Shown: positions 1-12,940 of the stretch, piece by piece
Position numbering within the stretch: position 1 is the first letter of the stretch
Layout of the letters: every line of letters starts with the position of its first letter
Assembly: GCA_951406725.2 (NCBI GenBank)
Contig: OX597821.1
Coordinates: 68,386,001-68,450,000 of the forward strand
Length of the DNA: 64,000 nt
DNA from: Octopus vulgaris
Taxonomy: Eukaryota
Reading direction: 5' to 3'
Notes under the pieces: model-generated
Database searches by the model: none
What the model saw: the letters and a program-made list of their open reading frames with translations, nothing else
Told to the model about the DNA's origin: nothing
Program-made: the position numbers and the translations under genes

Positions 1-96
1 TATCGATTAGAATTGAATCGAGAAGTGTGTAACATCATTTTATTTAAAGCAAAACGATCTTTGAATTTTCCAAGTAATATTATCTTTCTGTGTTAA

Positions 97-495
97 GGCG
101 GGTGAAATGGCAGAATCGTTAACAGGCCAGACAATATGCTTAGCAGCATTCCACCCGTCTTTACGTTCTGAGTTCAAATTCCGCCGACGCCCACTTTACT
201 TTTCAACCTTTCGATGGTCGATAAAATAAGTACTAGTTGAGCACTGGAGTTGGTGTAATCGAATTATCCCGACCCCAAGGAACCGAGCCGGCCGAATCGT
301 TAGCACGCTGGACGAAATGCTTAGCGGTATTTCGCCCATGGCTACGTTCTTAGTTCAAATTCTGTCGAGGTCGACTTTGCCTTTCATCCTTTCGGGGTCG
401 ATAAAACAAGTACCAGTTGTGTACTGAAGTCGATCAAATCGACTGCTCCCCACCCCCCGCTCAAATTTCAGATCTTGTGCCTAGAGTAGAAAGGA
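97..495 (+). mobile_element. Two tandem copies of tRNA-derived SINE family A
   Basis: Head GGCGGTGAGCTGGCAGAATCGTTAGCA, B-box-like GAGTTCAAATTCC, core TTTGCCTTTCATCCTTTCGGGGTCGATAAA..AAGTACCAG; the same sequence recurs >20 times in the window. Confidence 0.85.
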
Positions 496-549
496 TTTTC
501 CCGTCCCCGAAATTCTTGACCTTGTGCCAAAATTTAAAACCAACATTTT

Positions 550-734
550 CTGTCTGTCTGTCTCTCCCTCGCTCTCTCTTTATCTCTCTTTCTCTTCATG
601 TCTCTCTCTCTCTCTCTTCATCTCTCTCTCTCTTCATCTCTCTCTCTCTTCATCTCTCTCTCTTCCTCTCTCTCTTTGTCTCTCTCTCCCTCCCTCTATC
701 TCTTTCTCTCTCTCTCCCTCCCTCTCTCTCTCCC

Positions 735-772
<38 letters not shown>

Positions 773-790
773 ACTCTCTCTTTCTCTCGG
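550..790. repeat. (CT)n/(CTGT)n polypyrimidine microsatellite
   Basis: Directly visible. Confidence 0.95.
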
Positions 791-923
791 GGCAATTGCA
801 GCCCCTATCAGAGTATATGCTTTGCAATAGCATTGGAGCATTTTAGCTCCTATTTCTAGCAATGAATGTGTCATTCACACCCTTAGTCAAGTTTACTTGA
901 CGACTATGATTTTCGTATATATG

Positions 924-955
<32 letters not shown>

Positions 956-971
956 GACACACACAGACACA

Positions 972-1181
972 CAGAAGTGAGTGTTGAAAAGTTCCTGGTT
1001 TTAAGGGTAGCGTGAAGGCCTGTTTGGAGACCCAACTTTCCAAGTTCTTTCACAGAGCTAAGAAAAACTGAATGATTACTGCAATGAGAATGCGAATCTG
1101 AGGGGAATATGTTTAATAAAATTAACTGATCCTCCTGTCTTTCTTTTACCCAAAACCAGGAACTTTTTTAGCACCGCCTCG
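972..1181 (+). mobile_element. Non-autonomous mariner-derived MITE (~210 bp)
   Basis: Imperfect TIRs GTGTTGAAAAGTTCCTGGTTTT (left) and AAAACCAGGAACTTTTTTAGCACCGCCTCG followed by TA (right); interior resembles the degenerate last codons of a mariner transposase. Confidence 0.65.
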
Positions 1182-1189
1182 TATATACG

Positions 1190-2007
<818 letters not shown>

Positions 2008-2018
2008 ATGCAGTGTAC

Positions 2019-2081
2019 AAGGGAATGAAAAATAAAAACATTTACCATCAGATGGTAAATGTTTTTATTTTGCATTCCCTT
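2019..2081. repeat. Near-perfect palindrome (31-bp arms, 1 mismatch, 1-nt centre)
   Basis: AAGGGAATGAAAAATAAAAACATTTACCATC-A-GATGGTAAATGTTTTTATTTTGCATTCCCTT. Confidence 0.9.
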
Positions 2082-2279
2082 CGAGAATTTATCCCTAATT
2101 ATTGGTTTGGACTTTAGCTGTTCTTTCTAGCGTAAGGGATTCCTATGATGGAAACCTCTTAATGCGTTTAAATGTCCAGAGTATTTTATATGAATAATAT
2201 ATAGTATATTTACTAATTTTTCTATACGTTAGGCCACTGGTAGTAATCATTTCTAAAATCTTTATTACCCTGATATTAT

Positions 2280-2325
<46 letters not shown>

Positions 2326-2602
2326 CGGAGGATGGATTTCCGTCAATTGCGATGTTGAGGACTTATTTGTTCGACTATGTTGAATGGCCTTCTTAATTAA
2401 TTAATTAATTTGCAAGTGGCTGAGTATTCCACAGATACGTGTGACATGAAGCGTCCTCTTCCGGCAGAAGAAATGCCGTTGAGCATTTATGTCCCCCGTG
2501 CAAACGCTTCTGCCGTCTTGCTGCCTTCATTAGTAGTAATACTTTTTTTAAATAGCTGCAAGAAATGAAGGAATTATGCCTTAATCTTCAACCTTAAAGC
2601 AT

Positions 2603-5033
2603 ACATATTGGCCTGCATCAATTTGTACAACATCTTCCCGGTTCGGCCAGGCCCTTCTTGACGTGGCTGAAGATTGTTTTCTATCGCAACATGTTGAATA
2701 TCCGACAAGGCATCGGTCTGGGCAGCAGCCATCTATGCTAGATCTGGTATTCTCCCGCTATCCAAGATCAGTGTCAGACGTATCTGTGTGCGCCCCTCTT
2801 GCCAAGAGTGATCATGCGGTCCTGAAGTTCGTCATGCACACAACTTTTTCTACGCCCACGATTACTTCGCTGCCACGTAGAGTCTTCTCTGCAATTAATC
2901 TTGAAATTCTAACCGAGGCTTCCGCGCTTCTGGACTGGCGATCCCTGATGACGTTGTCCTCAGTTGACGAACTATGGTCATCCCTCAAAGCATATGTAAT
3001 CTGTTTGACTGACCAGGCAGTTCCCGTTGGGCTTCCCAAGAGGAAGAAACACAAGCCCTGGGTGACGAGGAAGGTTAAACGAGAACGTCGACTCAGAGAT
3101 ATTGCTTGGGCTGAATTCAAAAATCTGGATTCGACTGCAGCTTTTGAGGTGTACAAAACTCAACGAGACCGAGCCGTGAAAATTGAAAAGAAAGAATGCT
3201 TCAGTTATGAATACAAAATCGCGGCAAATGCCAGTAGCAATCCAAAAACCTTCTTTGCCCATGTCCAGCGGAATTCCCGCTTGAACAACCAGATTGCAAC
3301 GTTGGTAGACTCAACAGGCGTATCGATTGAGGACCCTTATCAACAGAGTCAATTATTTGCCGAGGCTTTTTCAACTATTTTCAAACAAGATGATGGTCGT
3401 GAACCCCCTCCATTTGATAGATCGGTACCTCCAATGCTTCGATTGGTCATCACGCGGGACGAAGTCAAACGTGTTATTCAAGGCCTCGATGTCAACAAGG
3501 GTCACGGCCCTGACGGCATACACCCACGGGTTATCAAAGCGTTGGCTCCGGTCATCTGCGAGCCCTTAACACGACTATTCAATATGTCATTGGCGACGGG
3601 TGTTATACCTGCAGACTGGAGAACAGCGATAATCTGCCCAATTTTCAAGAAAGGGAGCCGCGAAGACCCGCTTAACTACCGACCGGTTTCCCTTACATCA
3701 ATAATCAGCAAGATGTTCGAAACCATCCTTAAGAAAAGTATGATGCTCCACCTCCTAAACACAGCCTCGATCACTGATTCCCAACACGGCTTCGTGCCGA
3801 AGAGATCATGCTTGACCAACTTACTAGTAATGGAAGAATTGGTGACGCGCATCCTCGATGATAGTGATGCTGTTGACATCGTTTTATTGGACTTTGCCAA
3901 AGCTTTTGACTCGGTAAACCACCGCCTACTACTTGTCAAGCTTCAAGCATATAGTTTCCATCCGGATATTGTACGATGGGTTGGTGCCTTCCTCTCAGAT
4001 CGCTCCTTCCAAGTTCAAGTTAATGGTTCGCGGTCCGACGTCTCCAGTGCGAGCAGTGGCGTGCCTCAAGGTTCAGTGCTTGGGCCCTTGTTGTTCTTAG
4101 TCTTCATAAATGACTTGCCCGACGACCTCACGCAACACACCCTTCTATTTGCCGACGATATCAAACTGGTCGCTCCTCGCGGTAGTATAGAGGATCTTCG
4201 TCGATGCCTCCACCAAATTTGGAAGTGGTCTAACGATTGGGACCTGTGTCTGAACGTGTCAAAGTGCTGTCATCTGCCTGTCGGCTCTACTCCTGCAACT
4301 CAACTTGATTTCGAGCCGGGTCGTCTGCTGCTGGAGAGGACCGATCAGGTAAAGGACCTGGGTATCTTGGTGGATTCCTCCTTTTCGCCTTCGGCCCAGT
4401 GCGTCCATGCTGCCAACAAAGCACGCGGAATTCTGTTTTTGATTCGACGGTCATTCGGAATGCTCACAGCAGCCATATTCCTACCACTCTATGTCACGCT
4501 GGTGAGACCCATATTGGAGTATGGGATTCAAGCCTCTTCTCCTTATCTCCTCAAAGACATACAGCATCTCGAAAGAGTCCAGAGGCTGGCTACCCGCATG
4601 GTTCATGGTCTCAAAAATTTGTCCTACGAAGAAAGGCTGAGGACGCTCGACCTTTATTCTCTTGAAAAACGCCGCCGCCGTGGTGATCTCATTCTCGCCC
4701 ACAACATCATAAGCGGGAAGTGTAACCTCTCGAAAGAGCTGTTCTTCATTCCTGCTCCGGAGCGTCGGCTGCGGGGTCATTCCGAAAAGCTCTACCTGCG
4801 ACGATTTCATCTCAATCGAAGGAGAGGAGCTTTCTCCGTCCGGGTTGCGGATCCGTGGAACAAGCTGCCAGACGAGATGGTGAAGATGCCGACGACCGCT
4901 TTGTTCAAAGCCTCCCTGGACCTCAAGTGGCCTGAACTCTTTACATGAACACCACCCTGTACTTAACTCCATGTCCCCCTACATGGCCTTGCTATTTGCT
5001 TTTGAGCCAAATTAACTAACTAACTAACATATT
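2603..5033 (+). mobile_element. 5'-truncated CR1-clade LINE, young copy
   Basis: Intact ORF2 from mid-endonuclease to stop, short 3' UTR, (TAAC)n tail at 5013-5028, candidate 7-bp TSD ACATATT at 2603-2609 and 5027-5033. Confidence 0.9.
2663..4948 (+). CDS. LINE ORF2: C-terminal APE endonuclease + reverse transcriptase (N-terminally truncated)
   Basis: APE motifs LDLVFS/SDH; RT motifs GPDGIHP, NYRPVSLTS, QHGF, LDFAKAFDSVNH, GVPQGSVLGPLLF, FADD, DLGILVD; CR1-type C-terminus RGHSEKL..FSVRV..WNKLP; frame open upstream to ~2603. Confidence 0.92.
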   Translation: MAEDCFLSQHVEYPTRHRSGQQPSMLDLVFSRYPRSVSDVSVCAPLAKSDHAVLKFVMHTTFSTPTITSLPRRVFSAINLEILTEASALLDWRSLMTLSSVDELWSSLKAYVICLTDQAVPVGLPKRKKHKPWVTRKVKRERRLRDIAWAEFKNLDSTAAFEVYKTQRDRAVKIEKKECFSYEYKIAANASSNPKTFFAHVQRNSRLNNQIATLVDSTGVSIEDPYQQSQLFAEAFSTIFKQDDGREPPPFDRSVPPMLRLVITRDEVKRVIQGLDVNKGHGPDGIHPRVIKALAPVICEPLTRLFNMSLATGVIPADWRTAIICPIFKKGSREDPLNYRPVSLTSIISKMFETILKKSMMLHLLNTASITDSQHGFVPKRSCLTNLLVMEELVTRILDDSDAVDIVLLDFAKAFDSVNHRLLLVKLQAYSFHPDIVRWVGAFLSDRSFQVQVNGSRSDVSSASSGVPQGSVLGPLLFLVFINDLPDDLTQHTLLFADDIKLVAPRGSIEDLRRCLHQIWKWSNDWDLCLNVSKCCHLPVGSTPATQLDFEPGRLLLERTDQVKDLGILVDSSFSPSAQCVHAANKARGILFLIRRSFGMLTAAIFLPLYVTLVRPILEYGIQASSPYLLKDIQHLERVQRLATRMVHGLKNLSYEERLRTLDLYSLEKRRRRGDLILAHNIISGKCNLSKELFFIPAPERRLRGHSEKLYLRRFHLNRRRGAFSVRVADPWNKLPDEMVKMPTTALFKASLDLKWPELFT

Positions 5034-5249
5034 AAATATTAATTTATTTCATTTCATATTATGTTCAATTCAGTCCATTTTGTTTTATTATCTTGGAAAC
5101 GTTAATAAACTCAGGAACACTTCTATCATTTCTTCTGACAGACACCATTATTATTATTATTGATATTCTATTCTGTACACAACCAAAAGAGTCGTATTGC
5201 TATATATGTATATGTGTGTGCATGTATGTATGCAGATAGACATATAAAC

Positions 5250-5306
<57 letters not shown>

Positions 5307-5341
5307 TCAAAATATGTACTTATACACACACACACACATAC

Positions 5342-5435
<94 letters not shown>

Positions 5436-5714
5436 ATATGTGTGTATATTTGGAGATAGAGAGAAAGAGACAGAAAAAAAAACTTTTCTTTTGTTCATAG
5501 GAGAGAGAGACAGGTAAAAATTATTCTGGTCATGCTTGATGACAAATTTAACTAATTTAAACAAATACTGGAAAACGGCAGCCACGACATCAACAAGAGT
5601 TAGGGTGATGAAGAAACCTGCAGATTAATCGATGGCAACGTCAGCGAAAATGGTACTGAAAAAGAAGCCAAGTTTGAGTACAGCAACAACAAAATATAAA
5701 ATCCTTTCGAATAT

Positions 5715-5890
5715 AGGAACAAGGTTTGAATTTCGACCCCAGTGCTCGAGTGGTACTTATTTTATCGGGCCCAAAAGGATGACAGGCAAGGTTGGCCTCG
5801 GCTGAACTTGAACTCAGAACGTAAGCCCAGAAGATATTCCACTAAGTATTTAGTCCGGCGTGCTAACGATTTTGCCAGCTCGCCACCTTA
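5715..5890 (-). mobile_element. SINE family A copy
   Basis: Reverse-complement match to family A head and core. Confidence 0.75.
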
Positions 5891-5904
5891 ACAGTAGTAA
5901 TAAT

Positions 5905-6463
5905 CTTCTTCTTCATTTTCTTCTTCTTCTTCTTCTTCTTCTTCTTCTTCTTCTTCTTCTTCTTCTTCTTCTTCTTCTTCTTCTTCTTCTTCTTCTCACG
6001 CCATTAGCCACAAAGAATAATCTCTAATTCGAGCCTACTCTAAGCTACTAAGAATGCGTGTGGCATCTTGAAGATCAACCCACCACATGCGATAGACTGA
6101 CGGTTGCACGGGCGCGAAAGCTACGTTGTTATCCTCATTCCGTATAGGTGGCTCTTAACGTGTGGAGAGCTGAACTATCCTCGGGTACAGAGGATTCGCA
6201 ATCTAGACTAGGGTCTGAAAGTTTACCACACCATAGTGGATTACACCATGGTTCCTCTGCTTTGTGGCAGAAGTAGGAAGAAAGAGTGAGAGAAAGTTGT
6301 GGTGAAAGAGTACAGCGGGGTTCACCACCCCTCCCCGCGGGAAAACATGGAGCTTCGGTGTTTTTGCTCAATAAACACTCACAATGCCCGGTCTGGGAAT
6401 CGAAACCGCGTTCTTACGACTGCGAGTCTGCAACCCTAACCACTGGGCCATTGCGCCTCCACA
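5905..6463 (-). mobile_element. tRNA-derived SINE family D with long tail and (GAA)n 3' tract
   Basis: Head TGTGGAGGCGCAATGGCCCAGTGGTTAGGG..GGTTTCGATTCCCAGACC; second copy in opposite orientation at 38400-38885. Confidence 0.85.
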
Positions 6464-6469
6464 GCAGTA

Positions 6470-6962
6470 ATCCTTTCTACTATAGGTACAAGGCCTGAAA
6501 TTTTGCGGGAGGGGACTAGTCGATTACATCGACCTCAGTATTTCACTGGTACTTATTTTATCGATCTCGATAAGATGACAGGTAAGGTCGTCCTCGGCGG
6601 AATTAGAACTCAGAACGTGGCGGTTGACGAAATTGGGAGTCACTACGTAAAAGTTTTGGAAACACTGGTTGAAATGCAACAGGAACTTTGGTAGAGAAAC
6701 ATAATTGAACATAAAAATTATAATTGAAATGAAATGCATACTGTATCGTGGTCTTAAATTCCGGTCTTCCTTTAGTAATCCTGTTGTTTTAGATCGATGT
6801 AGAGAATTAAGTATATATGTAAGTATACTGTAAGGTGTTAAAATGTATGTATAATCTCCCAATATAATAATGAGCGTTGTCTTTTTATATAATTGTAGTG
6901 ATGGGTGAAATACTGCTAAGCATTTCGTACAGCATGCTAACGATTCTGTCATCTCACCGCCT
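6470..6962 (-). mobile_element. SINE family A split by an unidentified ~260-bp segment (6633-6895)
   Basis: Core half at 6470-6632 and head half at 6896-6962. Confidence 0.6.
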
Positions 6963-6983
6963 TAATGATGATGATGATAATAA

Positions 6984-7134
<151 letters not shown>

Positions 7135-7608
7135 TGAAACCATTGATCACGTTGTCTCCAAGTGCAGTCTTCTTGCGCCTACAGAGTATCTCAACAGGCA
7201 TGATAGAGCTGGGTAATTTGCAAAAGCCTTGACTTGCCCTATGATAAAAACTGGTGGGGACACAAACCATATCCAGTGCTTGAAAATGACCACATCTCAC
7301 TCCTATGGAACTTCGCCATTCAAACTGACAGAAAGATAGATGCGAATGGGCCAGACATGATATTGAAAGACTTCAGACAAAAATCATGCCTCCTCATTGA
7401 TGACTGTTCCAATCGATATAAACGAATCTATCAAGACCTACCAAAAACTGAGCAAATATAAAGATCTTGAAATAGAAATTAGCAAAATGTGGAACCTAAA
7501 GACTAAAACAATACCTGTTGTTGTAATAATACCAACATGAACTTCCAACTTGTTGTCTCTTGAGGTCTCTGGGTGAGACTTGTACAAATGTAAAGCAAAA
7601 ATCAAACA

Positions 7609-7609
<1 letters not shown>
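7135..7609 (+). mobile_element. 5'-truncated, internally deleted R4/Dong-like LINE 3' end inside (TAA)n
   Basis: ETIDHVVS..C..EYLNRHDRA, LWNFAIQTDRKIDANGPD, KYKDLEIEISKMWNLKTKTIPV (restriction-like endonuclease); same family as 34761-37030; (TAA)n on both sides. Confidence 0.88.
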
Positions 7610-7676
<67 letters not shown>

Positions 7677-7680
7677 TAAC

Positions 7681-7751
<71 letters not shown>

Positions 7752-7753
<2 letters not shown>

Positions 7754-8307
7754 GCCCTGATGCAGTACCAGGCAGTGGCTCTCATGGCTTCTGATCTTAA
7801 CTGATTAGAAGTGTTATCATGTACATTGTTTTGTCTTGGTATAAAAGATGGGCTACAGCAAATATTCTGCTCAATACCACAGATTTGCTTGTCAGTTGTT
7901 TGACCTTAACCAGTTGAGCATGTCCCTTAGTGGCTGACGATATGTGCATCTCTGATCACGAGCAGAAGTAGTGGGGGAGCATCATAGCCATGTGTTGAGA
8001 GGGATTCTTTGGGGTTTGAATAGTTCACCTCTGGAAACATGGGTGGTTCTTTCAACATCCTTAAACAACCCTTATTCAGGGACCGTTTGAGCGGGATGGG
8101 CTACTCAACCTGAAGAAAATTCTAACTGGGCCCCACCTGCAAGGTCATGTGCTGTTTATCTTGATATGAGGTCACCATGTCGCGCACATATGGTTGTGAT
8201 GCATGTGCCTGGTGTACCTTTATCAGACGGGTAGTCATGATGGGTATATTGGGCTTCGTATATTTTACCCCAGTGTCACTTTGATGGCATGAACTGCTCT
8301 CTCACTC
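7752..8307. mobile_element. Unclassified ~555-bp non-coding element inserted in (TAA)n
   Basis: High-complexity block with sharp boundaries and (TAA)n on both sides; no long ORF or TIR. Confidence 0.5.
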
Positions 8308-8363
<56 letters not shown>

Positions 8364-8384
8364 TGATGATGATGATGATGATGC

Positions 8385-8567
8385 CTACTATAGGCACAAG
8401 ACCTGAAATTTCGGGGAGGGGATAGTCGATTATATCAACCCCGTGTCTCACTGGTACTTAATTTATCGGCCTCGATTGGCGGAATTTGAACTCAGAACAT
8501 AGCCACAGGAGACATACCGTTAAGAATTTCGTCCAGTGTGCTAACGATCTGCTAGCTCACCGCCTTA

Positions 8568-8620
<53 letters not shown>

Positions 8621-8631
8621 AATGATAATAA

Positions 8632-8702
<71 letters not shown>

Positions 8703-10085
8703 CCTTTCTATTATAGGCACAGGGGCTGAAATTTTTGGTGAGGTGGCCAGTCGATTAGATCGACCCCAGTACACAACTGGTACTTAATTTATCGACCCCG
8801 AAAGGATGAAAGGCAAAGTCGACCTCCGTGGAATTTAAGCTCAAAACGTAGCGACGGGCGAAATACCGTTTAGCATTTCGTCCTGAGTGCTAACGATTGT
8901 ACCAGCTCGCCACCTTCTAACAATAATAATAATAATTCATTCTACTGTAGGCACAGAGCCTGAAATTTTGGAGGAAAGTGTTAGTCGATTACATCGGCCC
9001 CAGTGTTTGACTGGTATTTTCTTTTACCGACCCCCTAAGGCAAAATCGACCTTGGCAACATTGAAACTCGGAACGCAAAGATGGACGAAATGCAGCTAAG
9101 TATTTTCTCTTAAGTGTTAACCATTCTGCCAGCACCTCACCTTAACAACAATAATAACCTTTTTTTTTTTTTTGGTATAGGCACCAGGTCTGAAATTTTC
9201 GGGTGGGGAGGTAAGTCGATTGCATCTACTGACGCTTATTTTATCGGTCGCGAAAGGATGAAAGGCAAAGTAGACCTCAGCAGAATTTGAACTCAGAACG
9301 TAAAGTCAGAAGAAATGCTACTAGATATTTAATGATACTGCCATTTCACTGCCCTACAAATAAGCCTTTCTACTATAAGCACAATGTCTGAAATTTGGGG
9401 TGGGGGAATGGTCGATTACAACGACCACAGTACTCAATTGGTATTTAATTTATCGACCCCCTAAGGATGAAAGGCAAAGTAGACCTCGGCGGAATTTAAA
9501 CTCAGAATGTAATGACGGGAGAGATACCGTTAAATATTTTCTACGCGCTAACGATTCTGCCATGTGGAGGCACAATGGCCCAGTGTTTAGGGCAGCGGAC
9601 TCGCGGTCGGAGGATCGCGGTTTCGATTCCCAGACCTGGAGTTGTATGCGTTTATTGAGCGAAAACACCTAAAGCTCCACGAGGCTCCGGCAGGGGGTGG
9701 TGGCGACCCATGCTGTACTCTTTCGACCCAACTTTCTCTCACTCTTTCTTCCTGTTTCTTGGGTAACGCTGCGATGGACTGGTGTCCCGTCCAGCTGGGG
9801 GGAATACATACTCCACAGAAACCCGGAAATCGGGCACATGTGCTTGGCTAGACTTGAAAAGAGTGCATAAATAAAAAATAAAAACGATTCTGCCAGCTCA
9901 CCGCCCTGACAATAATAACGATAGTTTTTTTTTTCTAACTGAGGCAATAAAAGTAATAATATAATGTTTGTGATTTATGCGCAAAGCCAGCCATCTCGAG
10001 GGAAGGTTCTTCGTCCATACTATTGACTCCAACACTTGACTGGTACTCTATTTTATCGACCCCGCAGGGATGAAAGGCGAAGTTG
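8385..10085 (-). mobile_element. Cluster of ~6 co-oriented SINE family A copies
   Basis: Copies near 8385, 8703, 8940, 9175, 9365 and 9975, separated by TAA/TGA-rich spacers. Confidence 0.8.
9563..9882 (+). mobile_element. SINE with family D head and short alternative tail, nested in a family A SINE
   Basis: 13-bp TSD AACGATTCTGCCA at 9550-9562 and 9883-9895; A-rich tail. Confidence 0.85.
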
Positions 10086-10717
10086 AATAACAACCAATGA
10101 CAATACAAGAATCTAAAACCTACCTTAAAGTATTTATTTATAAAGTAGATTTTCCAGCCATTGTAATAAGTGTTATTGACAGGGTGTTAAAAAAAATGAT
10201 TTAACATAAACAACTAAGAACATTTATTCACATAGGAACACATACATTCACACATACGCGCACACACACTAATACACAATTTTTCACAAACAACCTAACC
10301 TTTACTACACATACGGACACTTGTTCCTCTTTGCACATAGACTCATATACACGCCCGTGTACGGACACATACAGGTATATACGTACAGACAGACGAAACC
10401 ATCGAACAAACACGATTCACTCTTTCAAAATGGAATCTAATAAACAGTGTTCAATGATCAAGTCACAGCTAAAAATTTTATCTTTGATCTTTGGTAAAGC
10501 TATTAGAAACTAATCGGAAAAGCCTTCAGCAAGATGGCGTCTTTGATTTTTCTTCGCGACACGTTTATCAAAATGTTGAATCAAAATTCTTGCAATTATT
10601 GTGTTTCATTTGTTTTTTTCTTCTTTTCCTTTTACGTTTCGTTTTATTTACTTGCTTTTCTGTTTGTTTTGCTGCGATTATTGTTGTTGTTATTGTTTAA
10701 CTATATATATATATGTA

Positions 10718-10783
<66 letters not shown>

Positions 10784-10818
10784 TACATATATATATACAC
10801 ATACATATACAGATATAC

Positions 10819-10881
<63 letters not shown>

Positions 10882-10975
10882 GGAGAGAAAGAGCAGCAGA
10901 AAAAACGTATGAATATATACATATAATGTGTGTGTGTGTGTGTGTGTAAGAGAGAGGACGAGAGAAAGAGAGAGA

Positions 10976-11035
<60 letters not shown>

Positions 11036-11261
11036 ATGTGTGTTTGTGCGTTCAGTTTTCTTGTTGCTTGCCATTATACAGTTATTCTATTTGGAATCAT
11101 TTCAAGTGAAAAAAATTTTTTTTTTAACAAACGTTTGAAAACAGAATTTGAATATAAAAATCATCTTTTAGTGAAGTTCTTCGATTTGGGAAGAGAATAA
11201 ACATCACTGAAGAATTACCTTTTGGCATTGTGTTTGCTTAAACTACAACTACTACCATCAC

Positions 11262-11310
<49 letters not shown>

Positions 11311-11338
11311 GAAGGTGGTGGTGGTGTAGGTGGTGGTG

Positions 11339-11412
<74 letters not shown>
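11262..11412. repeat. (TAG)n(TGG)n(TAG)n microsatellite
   Basis: Directly visible. Confidence 0.95.
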
Positions 11413-12344
11413 TACATACGTTCAAAGATATTTCCCGCCACCTATAAATACATATAAGTTTTACGTATGTGCGTATATACATACGTACTTGAATAAATAC
11501 ATAAATAAATAAACGAATGTATATATTCCTTATATTTGCTTTTTTGTTTGTTTGTTTGTTTTTGGCTGTCTCGAGAAATAAATAGAAACTATGACTTTTG
11601 CGGACCCTCTGAAGCTGGTGAGATTGATGCTGTTAATGTTTTGCTTAAGCCGTTGCATGCCAACACCTACAGGAAAGACAAAGGTAGCATGGAGATTCCA
11701 GAGGGACAACGCTCTGGAGAGAAAGGATTCAATATAGTTAGGAGTGTTGTACCTGCGTGGATGGACATACGATGAATGATAATAAGAAGTAAAACGAATG
11801 GTAAAAAGAGGTGAAACTTAGTATCGCTGTGAAATGAGACCCTGCGTGACTCATTTCCGCAGCTCTAGATAACTGTGAACAAAAAGTTTTCGTTGTTTCT
11901 ACAGCTTATTTTGGTTTATTCCGATTTCCAGTGATAGTATTTAAAGGCTACTTATTAAAATGTGAGTGACTTATGTGCCACTTGGTTGTATCGTATTTTA
12001 AGTCTATTCTCCATAAGCCCTATCTAATTACTTTCAATACTATACGTTGGTGTTACTCTATTTCCATATACCACAGAGTCAGAATCATTTGAGGATTGGG
12101 TACCCGGATCGACTGTACTATCTCCTAAAATTTGTAAACCTGTGTCGTGGTGCTTTACGTACTGGGTTAAAATCCCGCCGAGATCAAGGTCGTCTTTCAT
12201 CAGGATCGATAAAATAAATACCAGTAGAGTACTGAGATCGATGTTGTCGATTTCCCTCCCCAATATAACTGGCCTTATGTGAAAATCTAAAACCATAATA
12301 AACCTATCATTTCATATATTCACAACAGATTAAACTGTAGAAAA

Positions 12345-12712
12345 AGAAAAATTCCTAACATCAGGCTACAACAAGTAACCTTAGATGCTATGAACCTTCC
12401 TAAGAATCCTAGCTGTCCCTCATATCACTGTTTTCTGGATCTGCACTAAACTTAGTTTTATGCCTATTTCCTCTATCCAAATGTTCAAATCTTTAGGGAT
12501 AGTTGCTAATGCATCTGTAACATTTTACCCGCACTTGTCATGGACTTTGGGATGCATTTTACCCGCACTTGTCATGGACTGTGTAACTCAATGTTTAGGT
12601 CCTGGTTCTTTTCTATTTTCTCTATCCCTCTCATTGACTTTCTCATCATTTAGGACTGTAAAGTCAATAACCTTGCACGTTCTATTCTCTTTATCTACTC
12701 TTATTATTCTTT
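12345..12712 (-). mobile_element. Degenerate R4-like (RLE) LINE 3' fragment
   Basis: Minus-strand translation IIRVDKENRTCKVIDFTV..; DALATIPKDLNIWIEEIGIKLSLVQIQKTVI*GTARILRKV; internal 26-bp direct duplication at 12521/12555. Confidence 0.75.
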
Positions 12713-12940
12713 CTTATTTCTATTGCCCACAAGGGTCTGCACACTGAGGGGACAAACAAGAACAGACAAACGAATTTTAAGTCGATTACATCAACCCCAG
12801 TGTGTAACTGGTACTTAATTTATCGACCCCGAAAGGATGAAAGGCAAAGTCGACCTCGGCGGAATTTGAACTCAGAATTCAGAACGCAGCGGCGGACGAA
12901 ATACCACAAAGCATTTCGCCCGGCATGCTAACGTTTCTGT
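12713..12940 (-). mobile_element. SINE family A, long-tail variant
   Basis: Core plus tail (TTTCTATTGCCCACAAGGG..GGGGACAAACAAG on + strand). Confidence 0.8.

Noticed and set aside
417-874. SL-rich ORFs, and similarly all IY/CV/YLSI/poly-I ORFs across the window
   Set aside because: Stop-free translations of microsatellites; no coding signal
2812-4972. Antisense and alternative-frame ORFs overlapping the LINE
   Set aside because: Shadows of the GC-rich RT ORF
8385-9908. Regularly recurring sequence resembling a CRISPR or tandem array
   Set aside because: Units are ~200-bp diverged SINEs in eukaryotic DNA; no fixed short repeat/spacer structure and no cas genes
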